Source: Lama guanicoe
Taxonomy: Eukaryota
DNA length: 64,000 nucleotides
Direction: 5' to 3'
Assembly (NCBI GenBank): GCA_013239625.1
Contig: PNXV01005434.1
Location: forward strand, 186,001 to 250,000
A model generated the notes under the pieces. That model saw nothing but the letters and a program-made list of their open reading frames with translations, ran no database searches and was not told the origin of the DNA. Made by a program: the position numbers and the translations under genes. Below, in pieces: positions 1 through 12,620 of this stretch. Numbering within the stretch: the first letter of the stretch is position 1; each line of letters opens with the position of its first letter.

Positions 1-145
1 CTGACCTCACTCTCATCTTTACTTTCCGGCTCTCACATTGAGACAATCTCTGTTCCCACAGTCAGGGGCTGGTGGGGACGTGAAGAAACTTTGTAAGTAG
101 GGGAACTGCTTGGTTCTTGACTCGTGTTTTCTCTTTTCTCACTAG

Positions 146-168
146 GATGTGCATGGCATCATAAAAAG
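146..168 (+). CDS. TRIM5: TRIM5-like gene, 23-bp internal coding exon (equivalent to TRIM5 exon 5)
   Basis: Polypyrimidine tract and AG at 144-145, GT at 169. Encodes DVHGIIK(R). The 23-bp size and sequence match the short exon after the coiled-coil exons in TRIM5/6/22/34 genes. Confidence 0.85.
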
Positions 169-1382
169 GTATGTGTGGGAGACCAGACGTGGTTCCTTTG
201 GGCTGTGAAATAATAAAAAGCCATTGGAGTTTTCTGGTGGCCAATTCGAGTAAAACAATGTTCAGGGGAGAAAAAATGGGATGCACATTTATCTTAAATT
301 TCTGTTCACAAATCATAGCTAGATTGTTCTATAAATACTGAGTGGAGTAGATTCCATAGTAGATAGTTTTGGTCATGAGAATTTGCAGAGTTTGGGTCTG
401 TAGTAGTATTACGGATAACACTTTTGAATATCAGACACCCGTGACCTCAAATATTTAATTCATACTGTATGTCATTATCTAACTCGGATTCTCATATTTA
501 ACAGGTGTTTGACTTGTCATGGGAAGGTCAGATCTTCTTTATCTGCCAAGCACCCAGAACTAGAGAAAACTCCTTTACATTTGAACTTCTGCCCTGGGTG
601 TAGAAGAGACCAGCGTCTTATATATATTTCCGTTTAAATTTCCAAAAATAGACTTAAATCTCCAGGAATATTTTGTCCCTGATACAAACAATTGATCCAA
701 CTTGGTCACATACTCTAGAAGCCAGAATGAGAAGGTGGCAACTTTGTGTCTGAATTTGCACCCCTACGTGGCAGCATGAAACTCTTTACAAACACGTGAA
801 ATTCAGACCACTATCAGTTTAGTGTTCATGATGTCTTATTTCCGAAGGGTTTTTACTTGTTCCCAGAAAACCTGAAATCTCAAGTTATTCTGAGGGTGTC
901 CTGTTGGGGAGCAGCCTGTGAAATTTTGGGGACACTCTGGACAATATTCTCATGCATGATACGTCTCAAGCTCCCAGGAGGCAGGTTCACAAGCTCACTT
1001 TGTGATTTCTTCCTGGGAACCCGTATCCATGCAATGACTTTTCCACCAATTAAACTTTTTAAGGTACTAAAGTTTTCTTTTGTTGAGTCCATTATTTCCT
1101 ATGATTTCTAGGAGGGAGAGGGGGAAAGGTTAATGATTTCAGTTTGAAAGGGAGAAACTGTGCTACTGAGAGATCAGGACCTTCTCAGGTCACACAGAGG
1201 AACTGGGAAAGTGGACATGAGCACATTTGTTCTGGCTCCAAGGTCAGGCGTCCATTGCCTCCTTTCTCAGGGTCTCTAGGAACGACCCTTCAAGTGTCTC
1301 TATGGGGTGAAAATATAGAAAGTCATTGGCTTTCAAGGGATAAAATATCCGAGGTGTGGTGGTCAATTTTTATCATCCCTAG

Positions 1383-1483
1383 GTGTGAGACCTTGACCCT
1401 GAAGAAGCCGAAAACCTTTCCCAAGGGACAAAGGAGAGTGTTTCGAGCTCCTGATCTGAGACAGATTTTCAGAGCGTTTAATG
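1383..1483 (+). CDS. TRIM5: TRIM5-like gene, 101-bp linker-2 exon (equivalent to exon 6)
   Basis: AG at 1381-1382, GTGAG at 1484. Encodes [33 protein letters not shown], which matches the TRIM5 motif [21 protein letters not shown] better than TRIM22. Phase is consistent with the neighbouring exons. Confidence 0.92.
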
Positions 1484-1765
1484 GTGAGGAGTGCTTCCCA
1501 ACGTGGGCGTCTCTGGGATTGTTGTGATGGCTGCGGAAAATGGGGAAGCGGCTCCAATTTTCCAGGGGGGGATAGAGACATTGGAGGCCAGATGCTATGT
1601 GCTGACAATATGGTGATGTTTAATGGGGAGTGACCAGCTGTCTGGTTCATTGTCTCTCTCGCCAGTTTTCCACTTCACAACAGTCCTTCCCCTAAAGTGG
1701 GAGAAAATGTATTCCAGTCCTAATGTCTTTGATTACATTTGATATTACGATTTTTATCATTCCAG

Positions 1766-1792
1766 AGCCGAGAGACGCACACCGCTACTGGG
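1766..1792 (+). CDS. TRIM5: TRIM5-like gene, 27-bp exon (equivalent to exon 7)
   Basis: ttccAG acceptor and GTAAG donor at 1793. Encodes (E)PRDAHRYW, homologous to TRIM5 ELTDVRRYW. Confidence 0.9.
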
Positions 1793-2015
1793 GTAAGGAG
1801 AAATCACAGTGTCATCAAGCCACCCTCCTTTCATCAACTTTTAGAGTCTTTCACTTTCTAGTAGCTTTCCTGTTTTAAGAGCCATGTCTCCCCTCCCAAC
1901 ACACACAAACACAAACGTATTTTCTTTCCCTTAAAGTCCTTCTAAAGATCCCTTCCACGGCTACACAAATAAAACTACATCGTATCCCTCACTCAGTGCT
2001 GTTATTTTTCAACAG

Positions 2016-2598
2016 ATCACGTGCCCTTGATTCCTCCAGAGCGTAAATCAAACGTCAATTCTGCAGATACAGGACTAATGTTTTCCCTGAAACCTCCTGG
2101 ACAATCCAATGCATATTTTGTATGGTGATTTGCAAGATCCTGGTCTCCAGCTCCCCGATTATTACAACAGGAAAACATTACTGGGAGGTAGATGTGTCAC
2201 AGAAACGTGCCTGGATCCTTGGGGTATGTGATGAAAACCGACAGAGAAATTTTATGAGACTTTTATCCCAAGAACATGAAAATTATCAACCTGTTTGCTT
2301 GCAGTATCAACCTATATGTAGCTACTGTGTTATAGGGTTACAGAGTTTCCAGTATTACGCATTTGCCCCGTCTCCCTCCTCTGATCCCTTAAAGATACCC
2401 CTCTCCCTGAGTGTTCCTCCCTGGCGTATTGGGGTTTTCCTAGACTATGATGCTCGCACTGTCTCATTTTTCAATGTCACAAACAACGGGTCTCCCATCT
2501 ATAAATTCTCTTCGTGTTCCTTTCCCCAGAAACTGTATCCATATTTCAATCTTATGAAATGTGAGGCCTCCATGACTCTGTGCTCGCCAGGCTCCTGA
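2016..2598 (+). pseudogene. TRIM5: TRIM5-like terminal PRYSPRY/B30.2 exon, frameshifted relative to the canonical splice
   Basis: Acceptor ttttcaacAG at 2014-2015. The spliced frame reads DHVPLIPPERKSNVNSAD...YFVW then TGA at 2126-2128. The SPRY motifs (GKHYWEVDV, AWILGV, RIGVFLDYDARTVSFFNVTN, YPYFN, MTLCSPGS*) lie in a different frame (ORF 2122-2598). Confidence 0.8.
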
Positions 2599-3154
2599 AC
2601 CTTCTAACACTCACACCCACTTCTTTTCTCCTGCCTCTTGTGCGTGCATCTAACCCGCCTGAGCTCATCTGCACCATCGCTCCATTTTCCTTTCTTCCAT
2701 CTATTTTTTTCCATTTGAATGTTTTTCATTCATCAGTTAGGCTATTCAGCTGGCCTTGTGTCATATTTTTTGGTTCAATATCATGTCTGGATTAAAAGAA
2801 AATCTTAATTCATCATTTTCCATACCCCAAGAAAAAGTGCTTACTGCCATACAAAGAAGGAGCAGTCCTGATGGAACACCTCTGCTAATTTTTACAGCCT
2901 CATTTCCCTTGGCACTGACCAAGAAGAGGAAGGGATGCTTCTTAAAAACTTCATATATTATCAAAGCCCTTGTATTTACTTGTCATTTACTAAAGTGTGA
3001 TCCTGAGTGGTGTCTCAGTTTACCTATATTGTCCCTTAATCCTCAAGGAATTAAGGAGAAAATAGCACAAATAATATGTACTAAGAGTGGGAATTTTGTA
3101 TCCAGAGTATGTGACTTCAAGCCCTGTCTCTCTGCATGTGAACAATGAAACCTT

Positions 3155-3160
3155 AATAAA
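3155..3160 (+). terminator. Candidate polyadenylation signal of the TRIM5-like gene
   Basis: AATAAA about 560 bp after the SPRY stop codon. A second AATAAA lies near 3283. Confidence 0.45.
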
Positions 3161-4729
3161 ATACTAGAACACTCTGTTCATTTTCTTAAAATGATCTTGA
3201 CATGAAAACTGCACCATATATAAGATCATTGTGAGTAGATAAATGTTATTAAGTATAAAGCATGTATTCTTCTCAACGTAACAATAAATATTAGATTTGT
3301 TCATTACTGAGAAATATAACCCGTGTCAGTGTCTCATTAAACTGGTTTGTGCCTTCAGGGGCACAAGGGTTGTTTTTACTGTCGTCTCATTTTCCAGATT
3401 CTTGATGCCTCTGTGCTGCTGACAAGACTACTCCAGCTCTCCCTGCCATGGAAAACTGTGTGTGTGTGTGACCACAATTAGAATTTTATTATAATTCTGG
3501 TGTTGCTACACACTGGTTCTTTACAAGTAAATTAAATTCTATGGAATTGTTTCTCATTTTTAAAAATTTACCTGATCAATATTGTGAATATTAAACAGTA
3601 CACTGTTTGCAATAACTTCTGTAATTTCTAGGATATAAGTGGTGGTCCAATATGATATGTATTTATTTTTTGTCTCCTTCTTCCTGTGACCAAGATAAAT
3701 CATTTTTAGAATATATACTAGTTTGTATTCAACATTATTACCATTGCTATGTTTTAAGAAACTGAATAAATTGAACATTGAATTACTATTTTTTATTTCA
3801 AATAAATTTTTCTGTAATTTGCCTTATCTTACATTTTAAAAAATGGTCTGCTTATAATCAATTTTATTGAAATTGAATTTTAGTCTGGGCTCTATTTGCC
3901 CAGCTAAAAAGCTGTTATTCACAGTGATACATTAATAGAAGTGTAATTGTGGGATATGTTAACTGATGTAGGTAACTGTTTTGTGTGCCCTAGTCACACT
4001 AACTTTTTCAATGACATAAAAGTTCTTAGGAAAGAAGAGAAGAGGAAAAACCTGTTATCTTCCCTCAGTGAGTTAAGAGAGGAATTATTTCTGTAATATA
4101 TGTTCATCCAGAGCTTTGTGGGATCCCTCTGTCTTTTGGAATTTTTTCCCCAACATTTTCTCCAACCAAATTAGAATTCAAAAAAAAGGAAAAGAAAAAA
4201 GTGAATTGTTTGTTCAAGTAGAATCTACTCTCATCCCTGCTTGTTTCCAAGAATTCTCAGCTTCCTCATCTTTGAATGACCTTTGAGGTTATGAGGGTTT
4301 GCAAGGACAACTTTTCCAGTTTCTGTGTCTGTGTGTGTATGTACACATCCATATCTGACCATTCATCCATAGAAACTGAAGGGAGTTGATCGTCTAAAGT
4401 TTCCCTTTGACCTCTGCCTTCCTGTCACCCCATTGCTACAATGACTGGCATTCTGACTCATTAGCAAAATATGTACCCTTGATTATTGACAAATGACTCT
4501 GCAGGGACAATGATGGCTTCTAATTTACTAGAATGCTCAATCCTCCAGTTAAGGATGAAACACCCAGATATAAGAATTGGAAGCCCTGAGTTTCCGTATA
4601 CCACAGAGAAACATCTGCACATCAAGGGGCATTCACTTTATAACAGAGACTCCTGGCCCCAGAAATGAAGCCCTCTGCTGAAAAGAATGAGGTATCTCTA
4701 AGTTGCTCCCCGTTCCAGATCCTCTCCTC

Positions 4730-5812
4730 AGTAAAATGCCAAAGGTGTCCTGGAATCTCTTCAATACTTGGTGCTGGGATAACTGGACAGCTACATGCAA
4801 GAGAATGACAACTGAACATTTCCTCACACCATGTAGAAAAGTAAACTCAAAAGAAATTCAAGACCTAAATGTAAGTCCTGAAAGAGTGAAATTCCTAAAA
4901 GAGAGCATAGTTAGGACACTTCTTGATATAACCCATGGCAATAGATTTTTGGATCTGTCTCCTAAGGCAAAAGGAAGAAAAACAAAACTAAACAAATGGG
5001 ACCTAATTAAACTTAAAAGCACTTGCCCAACAAAGAAAACTATCAACAAACTGAGAAACCAAACTCCTGAATGGGAGAAAACATTTGCTAATGATATGAC
5101 CAATAAGGGTTATATCAAAATTTAAAGACACCTCGTACATCTCATTATCAATAAAACAAAGAATCCAAATAAAAAAAGGACAGAAGATTCAATAGACATT
5201 TTTCCAAAGAAGGTACACAGATATCCAAAGGGCTCATGAAAATGTGCTCAACATTGCTAATCGTCAGAGACATGCAAGTCAAAGCTGCAATGAGCTATCA
5301 CCTCATACCGATCACAATGGTTATCAAAAGGACAGCAAATAACAACTATTTGTGAGTATGTGGAGAAATGAGAATGCAAGTACAGTGTTGGTGGGATATT
5401 AAATTGGCGCAGCCACAATGGAAACTGTATGGAGGTTCCTTTAAAAAACTAGAAGTAGAAATACCATATGATCCAGCAATTCCATTCCTGGGTACATAAC
5501 TGAAAAAAAAAAAAAGAAAACACTAAAAAAGATACATGCACCACAATGTTCACAGAAGCATTATTTAAAATAGCCAAGGTATGGATGCAAACTAGGTATC
5601 TATACAGGTGAGTGAATAAATAAATAGTGATAATTATACACAATGTAATATTACATTTATTTATTATAATACAGTTATACATTATTATACATTATTATAA
5701 TACAGTTATTTAAAAAGAATGAAATTCTGCCATTTGCAGCAACACATTTGGATTTAAAGTGCATTATGTTTAGTGAAATAAGTCAAACTGAGAAATACAA
5801 CTATAGTATGAT
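4730..5812 (+). mobile_element. LINE-1 fragment (ORF2 3' part and start of 3'UTR)
   Basis: Translates to L1 ORF2 motifs (WCWDNW, KWDLIKLKS, EWEKTFAN). Contains the typical 'gaaataccatatgatccagcaattcc' segment. Confidence 0.9.
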
Positions 5813-5946
5813 TTATCCATTCATCTGTCAGTGACTTAGGTTCCTTCCATACCTTGACTATTGTAAATAATGATGCTATGAATATTGGGTTGATAGTCAG
5901 TTACAATGCATCAGTTTCTGGTGTACAGCATAATGTCCCAGTCAAG

Positions 5947-5980
<34 letters not shown>

Positions 5981-8900
5981 TATATTTGTTTTCATATTCT
6001 TTCTCATTAAAGGTTATTGAATGTAATAAAAGTTAAAGATATTGAATGTAATTCTCTGTGCTATACAGAAGAAATTTGTATTTTTATCTATTTTTATATA
6101 TAGTGATTAACATTTGCAAATCTCAAATTCCAAAATTTATCCCTTCCCACCCCCTTTCCCCTGGTAACCATAATTGTTTACTATGTCTGCAAGTCTGTTT
6201 CTGTTTTGCAGATGAGTTCATTAGTGACCTCTTTTTTTTTTTCTTTCTTTCTTTCTTTTTTTTTTTAAATTCCACATGAGTAATATCATGATATTTTTCT
6301 TTCTCTTTCTGGCTTACTTCACTTAAAATAACGATATCTATGTCCATCCATGTTGCTGCAAATGGCATTATTTTATTATTTTTTATCACTGAGTAGTATT
6401 CCATTATATAACTGTATCACAACTTCTTTATCCAATCATCTATCAATGGACATTTAGGTTGCTCCCATGTCTTGGCTATTGTATACAGTGCTGTTATGAA
6501 CATTGGGGTGCATGTTCCCTCTAGATATATGCCCAGGAGTGGGAATGTTGGATCATATGGTAAGTCTATTCTTATTTTTTTAAGGAATCTCCATACTATT
6601 TTCCATAATAGCTGCACCAAACTACATTCCTACCAACAGTGTAGGAGTGTTCCCTTTTCACCACACCCTCTCCAGCATTTATCATTTGAAGATATTTTAT
6701 TGATGGCCATTCTGACTGGTGTGAGGTGATACTTCATTGTAGTTTTGATTTGCATTTCTCTGATAATTAGTGATACATGGAGAACTCCAAAACATTGATT
6801 AAGGAAATTAATGATGACTTTTAAAAAATGGAAAGATACCCCATGTTCTTGGATTAGAAGAATCAATATTGTTAAAATGGCCATACTGCCCAAGGCAGTC
6901 TACAGATTTAATGTGATCCCTATCAAATTACCAAGGACATTTTTCACAGAACTAGAACAAATAATCCTAAAATTTATATAGAATCACAAAAGACTCAGAA
7001 TTGACAAAGCAATACTGAAGAAAAAGAATGAAGCTGTAGAAACAATCCTCCAAGAGTTCAGACAACACTACAGAGGTACAGTAATCAAAACAGCATGTTA
7101 TTGGCATAAAAACAGACATATGGATCCATGGAACAGAACAGAGAACCCAGAAATTAACCCACAAACTATGGTGAATTAATCTTCAACAAAGGAGGCAAGA
7201 ATATACAATGGAGAAAAAAGTCTCTTCAGCAAGTGGTGTTGGGAAAACTGGACAGCTGCATGTAAATCAATGAAGTTAGAGCACTCCCTCACACCATACA
7301 CAAAAATAATCTCAAACTGGCTGATAAGACACAATAAACCTCCTAGAAAATAACATAGGCGAAACATTTTCTGACATAAATCTGAGCAATGTTCTCCTAG
7401 GGCCGTCTACCCAGGCAATAGAAATACAAGGAAAAATAAACAAATAGGACCTAATTAAACTCATAAGCTTTTGCACAGCAAAGGAAACCATAAGTAAAAC
7501 CAAAAGACAACTTACAGGATGGGAGAAAATATTTGCAAATGATGCAACTGACAAAGGTTTGATTTCCAGAATATACAAACATCTCCTACAACTTAATAAC
7601 AAAACAAACAAACAAACAAACAAACAACCCAATCCCAAAATGGGCAGAAGACCTAAACAAGAAATTCTCCAACGAAGACATACAAATGGCCAACAGGTAC
7701 ATGAAAAAATGCTCAATATCACTAATTATCAGAGAAATGCATGTATCTTTTTGAATTATTGTTTTGTTTTCTTTGGATATTCTCACCGACTGTGTACCTT
7801 TTCTCTACATCCTCACCACCATATGTTACTTGTGGTATTTTTAATGATAGTCATTCTGATGAGTGTGAGGTGATATCTCATTGTGGTTTTGATTTGCATT
7901 TCCCTGATGATTAGCGATGCTGAGCATCTTTTCACCTGCCTATTGGCCACCTGTTTGTGTTCTTTTGAAAATGTCCATTGAGGTTTTTTGCCCATTTTTA
8001 AATCAAGTTTTTGGGTTTTTTTATATTGAGTTGTATGAGTTCTTTATATATTTTGGATACTAACCTCTTATGAGACGTCATTTACAAATATCTTCTCCCA
8101 TTCACTAGGATGTCTTTTTCTTTTGTTGATGATTTCCTTTGCGACGAAAGGTTTTAAGTTTAGTTAGGTCCCACTTGTTTATTTTTGCCTTTGTTTTCTT
8201 TGCCTTAGGAGACAGATCCAAAACAATATTGTTAAGATTTACGTCAAAAAGTGTTCTGCCTATGATCTCTTCTAGGAATTTTATGGTTTGGGGGCTTATA
8301 TTCACACCTTTAATCACTTTTGAGTTTATTTTGTATATGATGTGGAAAAATGTTCTAATTTTGCTCTTTTACATGTAAACTGAACAGTTTCTCCAGCACC
8401 ACTTGTTGACAAGATTGTCTTTTCTCCATTGTATATCCTTGCCTGCTTTGTCATAGATTAATTGACTGTAAGTGTGTGGGTTTTCAGCTCTTTTCTGTTC
8501 CATTGATCTACATATGTCTGCTTTTGTGCCAGTACCATGCTGTTTTGATTACTGTAGCTTTGTTTAGTAGTCTGTAGCTTTGTTTAGTGTGACCTCCAGC
8601 TCTGTTATTCTTTTTCAAGGTAGCTTTGGCTATAGCAGTCTGTTCTGTTTCCATACACAATTTATTTGCTCTAATTCTGTGGGGAAAATGCCATTTGTAA
8701 TTTGATGTGGGTTATTTTGAATATACAGATTGCCTTGAGTAGTTTGATCATTTTAAGAGTACAAATTTTTCCAGTTCATGAACATGATATATCTTTCCAT
8801 CTGTGTGTGTTGTCTTCAGTTTCTTTCATCACTGTCTTATCTTTTGCCAAGCCTTTTACATCCTTAGATTTATTCTTAGGTATTTATTCTTTTTGATGTG

Positions 8901-9028
8901 ATGGTAAATGGATTGTTTTCTTAATTTATCTTTCTGATAGTTTATTGTTACTGTATAGAAATGCAACAGATTTCTGTGTGTTAATTTTGTATCCTGCAAC
9001 TTTACTGAATTCATTGACGGGATCCAGT
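5813..9028 (-). mobile_element. Older minus-strand LINE-1 ORF2 fragment (5813-5890 and 7742-9028), interrupted by a younger L1
   Basis: Minus-strand ORF2 motifs ([21 protein letters not shown]). The sequence at 5890 continues collinearly at about 7742. Confidence 0.85.
5891..7741 (-). mobile_element. Younger LINE-1 insertion with 5' inversion (3' part on minus strand 5891-6775, inverted part on plus strand 6776-7741)
   Basis: The minus-strand part has the L1 3'UTR and ORF2 C-terminus (MEYYSVIK...PFAATWMD). Strand switches at about 6775. 6751-6775 and 7717-7741 are perfect reverse complements. Confidence 0.85.
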
Positions 9029-9029
9029 A

Positions 9030-9522
9030 ATTCAGGCTTAAAAGAACATTCATTTATTATGTCACAGTTTCTTTGGCTCAGGAATCTGAGCACAGCTTGG
9101 CTAGGTTCTCTCCTTTAGGTTCTCACTGGAATATATACAAGGCGCCAGCTAGGATGCACGTTAGAGTAGGGAATGATCTGGGTCCAAGCTAACTTAGCTT
9201 GTTGACAGAACTCAGTTCCTTGCATTTATAGGACCAAGGCCCTCAGCTGCTACAGACTGTCCAAAGTTCTTTGCTATGTGTGTCTTTCCATAGGAAGTTT
9301 ACAATATGACTGTTACTTCTTCCAAGGTATCAGGAAAAGACAACTACTCTAGGAAGACAGTCTCAAATACTGTAACATAACCATACTGTTGACATTCCAT
9401 TACCTTTGCCACATTCCATTGCTTACAAGGAATTCACAAATTCTGCTCACTCGCACGGGGAAGGAATTGCACAACATCATGAACACCAGGACGCGGGAAT
9501 CACTGGGGGTCTGTTTACCTCA
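9030..9522 (-). mobile_element. ERVL-MaLR LTR (MLT1F/G-like)
   Basis: Typical MLT1 segments: 'ggcttaaaa...catttattat.tcacagtttc', 'caggaatctgagcacagcttggctagg' and 'gaacaccagga...gggaatcactgggg'. Confidence 0.65.
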
Positions 9523-10626
9523 GAGGGGTTTGGAGAAAGCTAGAGAAGCTCTTCCCCAGCCTTTTCATAGGGCCCTCTGCCAATGGGAATGGCCAGTGGG
9601 CTTCTGTGAGCTGAGTGACTATTTGGGTCTCTGGCCCTGATAACACCCTGCAGTGCATCCAGTTGTTGAAACTTCAGGGGAAAAAAAAAGAATGTAGAGT
9701 CCTTTAGGCTCCATTTGCCCAGCAGCCTTATGATGATTGTGTAAAGTCTTAATTAGATCCCCTCTGGAGGTAGATCAACTTGCCGAAGTCAGTAAATGAG
9801 AACGGCACAGTGTAGGGACCCTTCTGCAAACCTCCTCTTTCAGAAGGCATTTGCTGCCCTGGTGGCGGCTGCTTCTAGGCTAAGAGAACATGGACAGCAG
9901 CAGCAGCAGCAGCACAGCCACACCCCCTGGGGCTGCCCGGAAGGCCAAGGGGAAGTCTGGGCTCAGCTCAAACAGGTCTGCCCTGCACTGCCCCACTTGA
10001 CTCTTCAATTCCTCCCTTCACCTGAGAAAACTTACGTCCAAATTTTGAGGGGCAGCCCCTGTGACTTCTCCAAGAACTGCTCCTTCTTCCCCTCCATGGG
10101 CCTAGAGGTGGATGGGAAGGTTCTGCCACTTCTGCCCAGACGTCTCAGCATTTAGGATTTAAGAAAATGGACAACCTGTTGATTTTTACCCCTAATCTCT
10201 CCAAGTTGTCCAATCCCAACTCTTTTTCACTCTCATTGTCTTCAGCCCCCACCCTTCCCATGCTTCCTTGAGTGATGCACTCTCCCAACCCAGGTGACTC
10301 TCATCTAGTCTCCCTGAGGTGGAAAGTATGGTATTATTTTTCTCCTGAGTGTTGCTTCACCTCTGAGACCCTATAGGTTCACTCCTACATCCTGCAGATC
10401 AGAAAAGAAAGTATAAAACAAGGATTATGAACCAGAAGGAACAGAGATCCATAGATAGTCCGGGTTCCAGATCTAGAAAAAGGAAGTGGTAGCTTCTGCA
10501 AGTTTGTAAAAATTCTTTTATGTAGAAAACCTAAACTGAGGTTACTACTTGAAACCAAGAATGAGAGATGGGATTCCTTATTAAAATGTAGACTAAGCAC
10601 ATCAAAATGTTAATGTATCTACATAC

Positions 10627-10652
10627 AAACACACACACACACACACACACAC
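10627..10652. repeat. (CA)n microsatellite
   Basis: Directly visible CA run. Confidence 0.9.
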
Positions 10653-11158
10653 CCAAACCTGGTATCAAACTACTTTCCATAATTAAAGTTTTTAGAAAGC
10701 GGTTTGCTTAGAAAAGTAAGAGGGTATGGGCAATTCTGCTCTCAGGAATCAAACTTATTTTCCTTCTGACTCAGAAACTAGATCTATGATATCCATAAAA
10801 TCATCACCGGATCAGGATCAGAAACTACCACATTAAACTCTGGTTCAGGACAGAGTGCCTAGGAGAAGAGGATGGGGCAACTGGGCGGATGGGCACAAGA
10901 AGGAAGTAACAAAGAAAAGTTAGAGGGTATCTCCCACTCAGAATGACGCTGCAAACCACGAGGATATGTGAAAATAGGCAACTTATGTGAGTGTAAAAAT
11001 ATAGTCTCAACATGTAAAATATCAACTAAGAAGCAAGAAGAAATTAACAGAGTCAAATGAGGCATTAAATATATCTATTATTATTAACATACCTAGCAAA
11101 TTAAAATTAATCAAGATTAGAGAGATTGATTAACTTAATTTGCAAACTGTGAGACCTG

Positions 11159-11585
11159 GTGTAGTAGGCAGAATAATGGCCACCTAAATGATGCCCTCAT
11201 CCTAAACCCTTGTGATAACGTTAGGTGACATAGCAAAGGGGAATTGAGTTTCAGATGAATATCATGAAATCATTCAGTAGAGCTAAAAATAGGGAGAGTT
11301 TCTTCGATTATCCAAGAGACCCAAATGTAATCACAGAGCTTCGTGGAAGGGGAAGAAGAAGACAGAAGAGGAGAATCAGAGGGAAATGTGAGCATGGAAA
11401 GGCAGGGAAACAGATTATTTTCTAGAACTTCCAGAAAGGAACACTGCTTTCTCAACACCTTGATTTTAGCTCAGTGAGACATGCTGGAATTCTGAACTGC
11501 AAAACTGTAAGATAATAAATTTATGTTGTTTTAAGGCATGAAGTCTGTGATAATTTGATATAGCAGCTATAGAAAACAAATATTC
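11159..11585 (+). mobile_element. ERVL-MaLR LTR (MLT1D-like)
   Basis: Starts 'tgtagtaggcagaataatggcc' and ends 'aactgtaagataataaatttatgttgttttaag...agcagctatagaaaac', the characteristic MLT1 termini. Confidence 0.8.
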
Positions 11586-12510
11586 TACATTCAACAAAAA
11601 AGGGTATTGGTATTTTTTAAGAACATATGGACATCTTAACCCATTTTTGAGGAAATTTAAAGATTACATTAATGCAGTCATATATCATGTTTCTATTTTT
11701 ATAATACAAATGTATACAGTATTACAAACATACAAAGTATTCACATATTGATATATAGATTCCATGCAATCAAAATTAAAACTCTAAATGTGTGTATATG
11801 TGTGTTTGTAAGTTGTGAAGCTGCTTATAAAACTTTTATGGCAATGCCAAGTACTGAGAACGGCTAAAATTCTTTAGAAGAAAAAGTTGGAGCACTTACC
11901 TTCCAATATCAAGGCTAGCAAACTTTAATTGAAAATGTACAGTATTAGTGTGAGATTATACAAACAGACTAATTAAAGAAAACCACATGTACAAGGCCAC
12001 TGAGAATTCTGTCTCATCAGACTGGGTCTGAATTGTCTAGGCTGAATCTCCTAGGAAATCCAATAAAAAGCACACTAAACCCACCAAGCTGCATTCCATC
12101 TCAAGGGAAGAGTTAAAATGGTTGATTCGGTTCCTTGTCTGGGAACGGGAAATGGACAGGTCCACGTAGCCTGAGGTCTATCTTTTGGGAATGTAAGGAA
12201 ATGCATAAATGTTTTCTCTCCTCTCTTCCGGAATCTCTTCCAGCCTAAAATTTTACTTTCTTCCTTCATATTGCTACCTCCTACTACTCCTGTGAAGCAA
12301 GAGACTGAAGGCAGAGTTTGGTGAGTTGAAAACTATAGTTAATCAGGGAGAAGAAATATCCAAAAATCCACTGACCCTGCGATTTTAATCAAATAATGTA
12401 GCCTCAGGTTTCTTTAGTGCCCTGGAGGATGTGACTTTGGGGGGAAGACAGTCTCACACCAATGACTCCATGGTAATTGGACCCTGAAAGGAAAGGAAAC
12501 TATTGATTTC

Positions 12511-12513
12511 TTT

Positions 12514-12560
<47 letters not shown>

Positions 12561-12620
12561 GACGTGTAGTCAGTTTACAATCTTGTGTCAGTTTCTGGTG
12601 TACAGCATAATGCTTCAGTG
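12511..12620 (-). mobile_element. Severely 5'-truncated young L1 3' end with (TTTA)n tail
   Basis: (TTTA)n followed by 'tagtcagtttacaatcttgtgtcagtttctggtgtacagcataatg', the same 3' terminus as at about 5895. Confidence 0.75.

Noticed and set aside
9796..10155. 119-aa ORF with a polyQ run
   Set aside because: The polyQ comes from a short (CAG)6 microsatellite. No recognisable domain and no splice context.
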